15,741 nt of DNA. Origin: a virus. A model generated the notes under the pieces. The model had not been told where the DNA came from and did no database searches. It was given only the letters and a program-made list of their open reading frames with translations. The stretch lies in IMG/VR virus record IMGVR_UViG_3300043313_001602; one strand, given 5' to 3'. A program made the translations under genes and the position numbers. This document shows positions 7,427 through 13,960 of this stretch, one piece after another. Position 1 is the stretch's first letter; each line of letters begins with the position of its first letter.

Positions 7427-9011
7427 TCGCGACATCGCCGTCAAGTTCACCGGCGACAGCTCCGACCTCGAGCGCGCCAGCAACCAGGCCGAGCGGTCGG
7501 TCGCGGATACCGGCAAGTCCATGGGCGGCGCCCTGGCCGGTCTCGCCGGGCCCGCGGCGATCGGCGCCGCCGCCATCGCGGGGGTCGCCATCGTCGGCTA
7601 CGACCTCGCCCAGGCCGCCATGGAGGACGAGGCCGCCGCGAGCCAGCTCGCCCAACAGCTCCGCCAGGCCGCCGGCGCCTCGGACGAGGCCGTCGCCGGC
7701 GCCGAGGCCTACATCTCGACCCTGTCCAAGGCGGCCGCCGTGGCCGACGACGAGCTCCGCCCCGCCCTGGCCACCCTGGCCACCGCCACCGGCGACACCA
7801 CCAAGGCCCAGGACCTGCTCGCCCTGGCCACCGACATCAGCGCCGGCACCGGCAAGGACCTCGGCACCGTCACCCAGGCCCTGGCCAAAGCCCAGCTCGG
7901 CTCCATCGGTGGCCTGTCCAAGCTGGGGATCGCCACCGAGGACGCCGACGGTAAGGCCCTGTCGCTCGAGGAGACCCTGGCCAAAGCCCGCGACACGTTC
8001 AAGGGCGCCGGCGAGGCCGCCGCCAACACCAGCGCCGGCGGCATGAAGAAAGCTCAGATCGGGTTCGACGAATTCAAGGAGTCCATCGGCGCCAAGCTCC
8101 TGCCGGTCCTGGGCACCCTGTCGACGTTCTTCACCGAGAAGGTGCTCCCGGGGATCGAGTCGCTGGTCGCGTGGGTCGAGGAGAACTGGCCCCGGATCAT
8201 GGCCGAGATTCAACCGTCGCTCACCGAGCTGCAGACCCTGGTGTCCGAGGTCCTCACCAACATCAGCTCGTTCTGGACCGAGTGGGGCGACGAGATCATG
8301 GCCCTGGTCGGGCGGATCGCCGAGCTCTGGGTCACCGAGATCGTCACCAAGATCAAGATCGCGATCGCGATCATCACGTGGATCGCCGACACCATCAAGG
8401 CGTTCTGGGCCGAGTGGGGCGACGAGATCATGGCCGGCGTCAAGTCCGTCGCCGACTTCATCAACGGGGTCGTCACCTGGATCGGCGAGTTCTGGCTCGA
8501 GTGGGGCGACGAGATCACCGAGGGTGCCCGTACCGCGTTCGACATCATCATGTCGATCATCCGGTTCGCGATGGACACCATCGGATCCATCATCAAGTTC
8601 ATCACCGCGGTGATCACCGGCGACTGGGGCGGCGCCTGGGACGCCGTCAAGTCCATCGTGCGCGGCGGGGTCGACTTCGTCCTCGACCTGATGGGCCGGA
8701 TCGGGGGGCTCATCCGCGACGCCCTGTCCGGCGTCGCCGACCTCATCACCAAGCCCTTCAAGATCGCGTTCAACGCGATCGCCGATCTCTGGAACAACAC
8801 GATCGGCGCCCTCAATTTCACGTTCCCCGACTGGATCCCGGGCCTCGGCGGCAACCGGATCGACGTGCCCGACATCCCCCGGTTCGCAACCATGGGCGCG
8901 CTCACGATCGTCATGCCCCCGGGATCGGACGGCTACGACGTCGCCCGCCAGGTCACCTCGTTCTCCCGCAACGTCGCCCCCATGGGCACCCTGACGGTGG
9001 CGGTCCGATGA
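7419..9011 (+). CDS. Tape measure protein
   Basis: Longest real ORF (530 aa). Ala/Leu-rich helical N-terminal half. Three FWxEWGDEI repeats. An Ile-rich hydrophobic central segment. The gene sits before the Dit-like gene. Confidence 0.9.
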   Translation: MADRDIAVKFTGDSSDLERASNQAERSVADTGKSMGGALAGLAGPAAIGAAAIAGVAIVGYDLAQAAMEDEAAASQLAQQLRQAAGASDEAVAGAEAYISTLSKAAAVADDELRPALATLATATGDTTKAQDLLALATDISAGTGKDLGTVTQALAKAQLGSIGGLSKLGIATEDADGKALSLEETLAKARDTFKGAGEAAANTSAGGMKKAQIGFDEFKESIGAKLLPVLGTLSTFFTEKVLPGIESLVAWVEENWPRIMAEIQPSLTELQTLVSEVLTNISSFWTEWGDEIMALVGRIAELWVTEIVTKIKIAIAIITWIADTIKAFWAEWGDEIMAGVKSVADFINGVVTWIGEFWLEWGDEITEGARTAFDIIMSIIRFAMDTIGSIIKFITAVITGDWGGAWDAVKSIVRGGVDFVLDLMGRIGGLIRDALSGVADLITKPFKIAFNAIADLWNNTIGALNFTFPDWIPGLGGNRIDVPDIPRFATMGALTIVMPPGSDGYDVARQVTSFSRNVAPMGTLTVAVR

Positions 9012-10273
9012 TCGCGTGGCCGCCGATCCCGCCACCCACCGGCGGCACCGCCCTCGCCGCCGACCTCGTGCACGTCACCCTCGCCCTACCGACCGCGCAG
9101 GACGTCTGGGACCGGGCCCGCTGGGACCAGGACCGGTGGGACGCCGTCGACTACGACAACTTCATCGACGCCTCCTGCGACTGCTCCGGGGTGTCCATCG
9201 AGCGGGGCCGCAACGGGCCCCTCGACCACGCCGCCCCCGCCCGCGCCTCGTTCCAACTCGACAACCCGACCGGCGTCTACTCCCCGTGGAACACCCTCGA
9301 CGCCAACGGCGCCGACCTCGGCCGCCCCGTCCTCGGCCCCGACATCCCCGTCCAGGTCGCCACCCACGCCGGCCCGCTCTACACCGGGTTCGTGCGCACG
9401 ATCACCGAGACCGACGACGGCGGCGAATCCACCGTCCAGCTCGCCTGCACCGACGCCCTGTCATTCCTCGGCGACGCCAACGGCCTCGAGCAGGCGAGCC
9501 AGGGCGGCGGCGAGCTCGCCGGCGCCCGCCTCGCCCGGATCATGAACCAGGCCGCCGTGCCCGCCGTCGTCGACAGCGACCTCGACACCGGCGTCGCCAC
9601 CCTGCAGGCAACGACCCTGGCCAAGGGCGCCCTCGAGGAAGCCTGGCTCACCGCCGACTCGGACGGCGGGGTGTTCTGGTGCACCGCCGGCGGTGTCATC
9701 CGCTACGTCGACCCCACCGGCCTGCAGGCCCCCGAGTTCACCGAACCGATCGCCACATTCACCGACGATCCCGACGCCGACGGTCTGTGCCCGATCCAAT
9801 TCACGATCGCCACCGACCGCGACCAGGTCAAGAACGTCGTGTCCGTGGCCCGGGTCGGCGGCACCGCCCAGACCGTCACCGACGCCCTGTCCGTGACCCG
9901 CCACGGGGTCCGGTCCACCCAACGAACCGACCTCATCCACCAGTCCGACGCCTGGTCCGCGACCGTCGCCGGGTTCATGCTCGCCCGCCTGGCCAACGCC
10001 GAGACCACCGTCTCACCGATCGACGGGGTCGCCACCGACGACGAGGACTGGTTCGACCTCGCCCACGCCGTCGACCTCGGCTCCCGGGTCGAGCTCATCC
10101 GCTACCGGTTCGGCCAGGTGCTGGAGGTGTTGGCCACCGTCGACGGCATCGGCCACAACATCAGCCTCGACCAGTGGACCGTCACCCTCAAGTGCGCCCC
10201 CGGCGAGCAGGTCCAGGGCTACTCCCGGTGGGACTCGGCCGTCTGGGATCAATCCGTCTGGGACCACCGATAG
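9008..10273 (+). CDS. Distal tail (Dit-like) / minor tail protein
   Basis: ATGA overlap with the tape measure stop. 421 aa. Siphovirus tail-component-like N-terminal region (SIERGRNGPLDHAAPARASFQLDNPTGVYSPWN). W-D triplet motifs occur at both termini. Confidence 0.7.
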   Translation: MIAWPPIPPPTGGTALAADLVHVTLALPTAQDVWDRARWDQDRWDAVDYDNFIDASCDCSGVSIERGRNGPLDHAAPARASFQLDNPTGVYSPWNTLDANGADLGRPVLGPDIPVQVATHAGPLYTGFVRTITETDDGGESTVQLACTDALSFLGDANGLEQASQGGGELAGARLARIMNQAAVPAVVDSDLDTGVATLQATTLAKGALEEAWLTADSDGGVFWCTAGGVIRYVDPTGLQAPEFTEPIATFTDDPDADGLCPIQFTIATDRDQVKNVVSVARVGGTAQTVTDALSVTRHGVRSTQRTDLIHQSDAWSATVAGFMLARLANAETTVSPIDGVATDDEDWFDLAHAVDLGSRVELIRYRFGQVLEVLATVDGIGHNISLDQWTVTLKCAPGEQVQGYSRWDSAVWDQSVWDHR

Positions 10274-10282
10274 GAGACCGTC

Positions 10283-10780
10283 GTGCCGATCGTCGTGCCG
10301 ACCCCGAACACCGTCATCACCTCGGCCTGGGGCAAGTCCGTGGCCGACGCCCTCAACGCGATCATCCCCCACGAGCTCGCCTACACCCAGTCCACCGCCA
10401 CCAAGCTGGTCACCGTCGGCGTCGAGGCCTCGGCCGACGCCGTCGTGATCGGACCCGCCGTCACCTACGACGGCGCCACCCCCGTCATCGTCGAGTGCTT
10501 CGCCCCGGCCGTCGTGCCCGCCGCCGTCGCCGGCGCCAACGTCATGCTCTGGCTCTACCAGGACGGGGTGTCGATCGGTCGCCTGGCCACCGTCCAGACC
10601 CCGGCCGCCGGTGTCTTCATCGCGCCCGTACACCTCACCCGGCGAATCACCCCGACGGCGGGGTCCCACCAGTACACGTTCGCCGCCACCGTGAACGGCG
10701 GCAACGGCAACGTGTTCGCCGGCACCGGCGGCCTCGGCCAGTACCAGCCCTCGTTCATCCGGGTCACCCGGGCCGCGTGA
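10283..10780 (+). CDS. Minor tail protein (possible receptor-binding component)
   Basis: AGGAG lies 6 nt upstream of GTG 10283. The N-terminal motif PTPNTVITSAWGKSVADALN is of the kind seen in actinophage minor tail proteins. 165 aa. Confidence 0.6.
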   Translation: MPIVVPTPNTVITSAWGKSVADALNAIIPHELAYTQSTATKLVTVGVEASADAVVIGPAVTYDGATPVIVECFAPAVVPAAVAGANVMLWLYQDGVSIGRLATVQTPAAGVFIAPVHLTRRITPTAGSHQYTFAATVNGGNGNVFAGTGGLGQYQPSFIRVTRAA

Positions 10781-10781
10781 T

Positions 10782-10934
10782 GTGGACGCCGCCGCCGCGG
10801 TCGCCGTCGTCCTCGTCGCCCTGGCCGTCGTCCTCGCCGGCGCCGCCTGGCGCCACGCCCGCGGCGGGATCCGGGTGGACCTGCGGGTCTGGTGGGGCGA
10901 GCGGGGCGAGGCCGGTGACGGCGAGGACCGGTGA
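10782..10934 (+). CDS. Holin-like small membrane protein
   Basis: Not in the track (50 aa): VDAAAAVAVVLVALAVVLAGAAWRHARGGIRVDLRVWWGERGEAGDGEDR. It has one hydrophobic helix and a charged tail, and almost every codon ends in G/C. It sits directly upstream of the endolysin. Confidence 0.55.
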   Translation: MDAAAAVAVVLVALAVVLAGAAWRHARGGIRVDLRVWWGERGEAGDGEDR

Positions 10935-10949
10935 CGGTACGGTGACGGG

Positions 10950-11717
10950 GTGTCCCGCCTGACGGTGGCGCCGCTCGCCGAGTACGACCTCTCCGGGGGA
11001 CGGGTGATCATCACCTCGCCCTACGGCGACGGCCGCAATCACAAGGGCGTCGACTGGGGCACCACCGACGGCATCGAAATCGGCACCCCCCTGTTCGCGC
11101 CCGTCGACGGGCACATCTCCAACGCCGGCGACGACGGCCCCTACACCCCCGAGGGCGGCCACACCGCCGGGCGGTGGCTGTGGTTCGCCGGCGACAACGG
11201 CACCCGCTGGAAGATGTTTCACCTGAATCGGGTGACGGGCCCGGCCGGGGTCTGGTTGGCCGCCGGTACCCCCATCGCCGAGGTCGGCAACACCGGCACC
11301 CAGGCACCCCACCTCCACCTCGAAGAGCACCGCGAGGGCTCCTGGTCCTCGCCCGTCGACTTCACCGCCGACGCCTACGAGGTGATCGAGGCCGGGCGGT
11401 GGCCCGGCACCCGCCCCCCACCGGAGGAACCCGACATGACCGACGACGACCACAACAGGATCATGGCCAACGTCGGCGCCCTGCTCGACAACCGCATCGC
11501 CCAGTTCCTCACCGCGAGCCTGCTCTGGACCGACGGCGACCTCGCATTCGAGGTCGTCACCGACGGCGACGGCCACCGGGTCCGCCGCCGCCTCGCCCCC
11601 GGCGAGCTCGTCGCCCTCCGCACCGGCGCCGCCATCGCCGAACAGCCCGCCATCGACGTCACCCGCCTCGCCCAAGCCCAGGCCGACGCCGTGCGCGCCT
11701 GGCCGCTAGTCGACTGA
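10950..11717 (+). CDS. Endolysin, M23-family metallopeptidase with C-terminal extra domain
   Basis: HxxxD-like NHKGVDW and the HxH motif in GNTGTQAPHLHLE. 255 aa. The C-terminal ~95 aa follow a Pro-rich linker, and an in-frame ATG at 11436 is preceded by GGAGGA. Confidence 0.85.
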   Translation: MSRLTVAPLAEYDLSGGRVIITSPYGDGRNHKGVDWGTTDGIEIGTPLFAPVDGHISNAGDDGPYTPEGGHTAGRWLWFAGDNGTRWKMFHLNRVTGPAGVWLAAGTPIAEVGNTGTQAPHLHLEEHREGSWSSPVDFTADAYEVIEAGRWPGTRPPPEEPDMTDDDHNRIMANVGALLDNRIAQFLTASLLWTDGDLAFEVVTDGDGHRVRRRLAPGELVALRTGAAIAEQPAIDVTRLAQAQADAVRAWPLVD

Positions 11718-11999
11718 ATCGGGGAAGTCGACCGCCTCGGTCGGCCGCAACACCACCCGCTCGGCCCGCCCGTCCCCCGTCTCCGCCGCGTCCGACAGGA
11801 CGTTGTGCAGACCCAGGAAGAAGTCGTGCAGGTCATCCATGGCGCCGGCGAACAGTAGTTGCGACGGCCCGTAGGTGCCGCCTCGGACATCGACGTGGAA
11901 CCGGCGCCGGTCGGGGTCGTCGTCGATGGGCGGCACCTCATAGGCGTGAAGCGTGGTGACACCGCGGACTTGGACGGACGGCCGATCGACATAGGTCAT
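11706..11999 (-). CDS. Hypothetical protein (only minus-strand gene)
   Basis: 97 aa with strong GC3 bias on the minus strand. The ATG lies 6 nt downstream of a TAGGCT hexamer (leaderless-type arrangement). It is divergent from parA, and its 3' end overlaps the endolysin stop by 12 nt. Confidence 0.7.
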   Translation of the reverse strand: MTYVDRPSVQVRGVTTLHAYEVPPIDDDPDRRRFHVDVRGGTYGPSQLLFAGAMDDLHDFFLGLHNVLSDAAETGDGRAERVVLRPTEAVDFPDSVD

Positions 12000-12042
12000 A
12001 CCATCAGCCTATCAGCCCTCAGCCATCAGCTAGGCTGTTCGG
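12000..12042. promoter_or_regulatory. 43-bp divergent leaderless promoter region packed with (A)TCAGCC repeats (candidate partition site/operator)
   Basis: atcagcc at 12003-12009 and 12011-12017, tcagcc at 12019-12024, atcagc at 12025-12030, and inverted ggctg at 12033-12037. TAGGCT at 12031-12036 (+) lies 6 nt before ATG 12043. TAGGCT on the minus strand (12011-12006) lies 6 nt before the minus-strand ATG at 11999. Confidence 0.6.
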
Positions 12043-12753
12043 ATGACTACTGTTATCAGTGTTGCCCATGTCAAGGGCGGTGTCGGGAAGTCGACGACCG
12101 CCGTGCAGCTCGCCCTGCACGCCGGTGCCACCGGCCGCCGGACCATGCTTATCGACGCCGACCCGTCGCGCTCGACCCTGTCGTGGGCGACCCGGGCCGG
12201 GGACTGGCCGACCGAGGTGGTGCCCGTGGAGGGGTACTGGCGGGCCGACCTCGAACGAGCCGTGCCAGCCCTGGCCTATGACTGCGACCTCGCCGTCATC
12301 GACACGCCGCACGACCCGGCCGGCCGGCACCACGCCGGGGTGGTGATGATCTCCGCCATTGTCGCGGCCGACCTGGTGGTGGTGCCGACCTCGCCCGACG
12401 GTGCCGACCTCGACCGCATGGAGGACCTGCTGGCCGCGCTCGACGTCGGCCAGCTCGACCGCCAGCAACGTGGTCTCGGCCCCGTCGACTGGCTCGTGGC
12501 CCTCACCCGGGTCGACCTGCGTAGAAGGACAATCGCGGCCGAGGTCGTCGAGCTCATGGTGAACCGCGACCTGCCGGTCCTGCCGATCGCGGTGCCCTCC
12601 GCCCTGGCCGACGGGCACGCCACCTCGACGTGGGTTCCCGAGCGGGCCGCCGTCGAGGACGCATTCGGGACGTCCACCGTGCTCGACGAGTACGCCGGCC
12701 TAGCCACCGCCGTCCTCGCCCGGGCCCTCGGGACCACGGTGGCCCCGGCATGA
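12043..12753 (+). CDS. parA: ParA/Soj-family partition ATPase (small, type Ib-like)
   Basis: Deviant Walker A KGGVGKST at the N-terminus, then LIDADP and a Walker B-like AVIDTP. 236 aa with no N-terminal HTH domain. The downstream small RHH gene overlaps by ATGA. Confidence 0.85.
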   Translation: MTTVISVAHVKGGVGKSTTAVQLALHAGATGRRTMLIDADPSRSTLSWATRAGDWPTEVVPVEGYWRADLERAVPALAYDCDLAVIDTPHDPAGRHHAGVVMISAIVAADLVVVPTSPDGADLDRMEDLLAALDVGQLDRQQRGLGPVDWLVALTRVDLRRRTIAAEVVELMVNRDLPVLPIAVPSALADGHATSTWVPERAAVEDAFGTSTVLDEYAGLATAVLARALGTTVAPA

Positions 12754-13013
12754 GCCGCGACACGCAACGCCCGACGATCCCGGCCTCGACCCGCCCTGCC
12801 CCCGACCCCGTCCCGCGGCGACCCAAGCGCTTCACCATGGACCTGCCCCCGGACAATCACACGATGCTCCGGCTCTGGGCCCTCGACCGCCAGGTGCCGG
12901 CCTCGCTGCTCGTCATGACCCTGGTCGATCTGGCCATCAACGACCCGGCGATACGGGCCCGGGTCGAGCACATCGCCGCCGACCAGTGGGAGGCACGATC
13001 AGCCCGTCAGTAG
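12750..13013 (+). CDS. Ribbon-helix-helix (ParG/CopG-like) DNA-binding protein, probable centromere-binding partner
   Basis: Internal ATG 12750 of track ORF 12630..13013 (ATGA overlap with parA). 87 aa with a disordered basic N-terminus, then KRFTMDLPPDNHTMLRLWALDRQVPASLLVMTLVDL (beta strand plus two helices). Confidence 0.65.
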   Translation: MSRDTQRPTIPASTRPAPDPVPRRPKRFTMDLPPDNHTMLRLWALDRQVPASLLVMTLVDLAINDPAIRARVEHIAADQWEARSARQ

Positions 13014-13050
13014 TCAGTAGTCAGCCGTGATGATGGGCTGCATTCAGCCC
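12999..13050. repeat. Second TCAG(CC/TAG) repeat cluster with hairpin at the 3' end of the par operon
   Basis: atcagcc at 12999-13005; tcagtag, tcagtag and tcagccg at 7-bp spacing (13007, 13014, 13021). Hairpin gggctg-catt-cagccc at 13035-13050. Confidence 0.6.
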
Positions 13051-13422
13051 GCAAACCCCCTCGGGCGGGTGACGGTGGTGTCAGAAACGGGCTCCTAGTG
13101 GATGCTCTGCGCCCGGTCCACATACACCCGTCCGAGGGGGGAGTGAGCGCGTGAGAGCAAGGTTAGCGGGCCCTGGCCGCGCCTGCTTGGGGCCGGTTCG
13201 GGGTCGCGTCATAACCGGGATTATCGGCGGATCACCCACCCCGACCGTGCTGAGGGAACCCTGAAGGGCCCCGAGCCAGCAAGGTGATGTAACAACGACC
13301 TACCGTGTCAGGATGCACACGCGCAACGGCCCGGTGTCGAGAGGGAATGGTCATCCCTCGACCCCGGGCCGGTGCCAGAACAGTCCCTACAACCGACGCC
13401 AATCGAAAGCAGGTGACCTGAG

Positions 13423-13872
13423 GTGAACCCTAGCCTCGGCCGCGCCCATCTCCGCAACGTCGCGACCCCCGACCCGGCACCGCCGCCGCTCGACCTCACG
13501 GCTAAGCAACTCACCCTCGTCGAGGCGAACCACCCGACCGTGCAGGCCCGCCAGCGCGCCGTGGCCGACGCCGTCCTCGCCGGCCACTACCGAGGCCGCG
13601 ACGGCCGGGCCCACGCGTTCCAGGCGCGTCACCGCGAGGTCATGTCCTGGCTCTGCATGCTCGCCAACCGCGACGGCGAGGTCCGCCCCGAGGTCATGAC
13701 CGCGGGCCGCCTGGCCGACCGCCTCGGCCGGACGCACACCAACGTCTGCGCCGACCTGCGCGACCTCGAGACTGCCGGACTGCTGTGGCGCCGCGCGCTG
13801 CCAGCAACGCGGGGACCGCTGTACGTGTACTGGGTCCCCGGGATGATGGCTCCCGTCCGGGCCGCCGAGTGA
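13423..13872 (+). CDS. Winged-helix DNA-binding protein (candidate replication initiator or repressor)
   Basis: 149 aa with good GC3. wHTH-like segment TAGRLADRLGRTHTNVCADLRDLETAGLLWRR. The gene ends 15 nt before the three perfect 24-bp repeats, and a degenerate copy overlaps its stop codon. Confidence 0.7.
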   Translation: MNPSLGRAHLRNVATPDPAPPPLDLTAKQLTLVEANHPTVQARQRAVADAVLAGHYRGRDGRAHAFQARHREVMSWLCMLANRDGEVRPEVMTAGRLADRLGRTHTNVCADLRDLETAGLLWRRALPATRGPLYVYWVPGMMAPVRAAE

Positions 13873-13886
13873 TCCCCAGGGCCGTG

Positions 13887-13960
13887 CCCAGGGTGATGCT
13901 GGGGCATCACCCCAGGGTGATGCTGGGGCATCACCCCAGGGTGATGCTGGGGCATCACCC
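13887..13960. repeat. Three perfect tandem 24-bp repeats made of alternating inverted 9-mers (iteron or operator array)
   Basis: The unit cccagggtgatgctggggcatcac occurs at 13887, 13911 and 13935. GGGTGATGC and GCATCACCC alternate with 4-nt (tggg) and 2-nt (ca) spacers. A degenerate copy lies at 13869-13886. Confidence 0.95.

Noticed and set aside
7218-9035. 605-aa minus-strand ORF antisense to the tape measure (also 7291..8046 +, 8210..8914 -, and the 5' part of 8171..10273)
   Set aside because: Asp/Gly/Arg-rich or Ser/Pro-rich shadow translations. The tape measure frame has helical repeats and correct GC3.
9016-10962. 648-aa + strand ORF spanning the Dit-like gene, the minor tail gene and the holin region (includes the ATG 10780 MWTPPPRSPSSS... 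reading)
   Set aside because: About half Arg/Pro. It crosses three independently supported genes. The alternative 10782..10934 frame has better third-position G/C and a clean TM helix.
10764-11992. ORFs 10764..11675 (-), 11011..11307 (-), 11174..11959 (+) and 11375..11992 (-)
   Set aside because: Shadow frames of the M23 endolysin and of the 97-aa minus-strand gene. They have no motifs, are low complexity, and show inferior GC3.
12019-12971. ORFs 12019..12618 (-), 12276..12971 (-), 12059..12346 (+), 12359..12562 (+), 12554..12856 (-) and the 12630-12749 extension of the RHH ORF
   Set aside because: They overlap the ParA gene, which has an unambiguous Walker A motif. The RHH gene is better explained by the ATGA-coupled start at 12750.
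13014-13422. tRNA or small protein genes in the long noncoding region
   Set aside because: The only GGTTCG-like T-loop candidate (about 13193-13205) lacks complementary stem arms or an acceptor stem. The small ORFs (14-43 aa) have poor GC3 and no SD or leaderless signal.
13308-13514. 68-aa minus-strand ORF at the 5' end of the wHTH gene
   Set aside because: Cys/Gly/Ser-rich with poor codon bias. It is antisense to a well-supported gene start.
13887-13960. Possible CRISPR array
   Set aside because: The repeats are directly contiguous with no spacers, only three units are present, and there are no cas genes. An iteron or operator array is the better reading.
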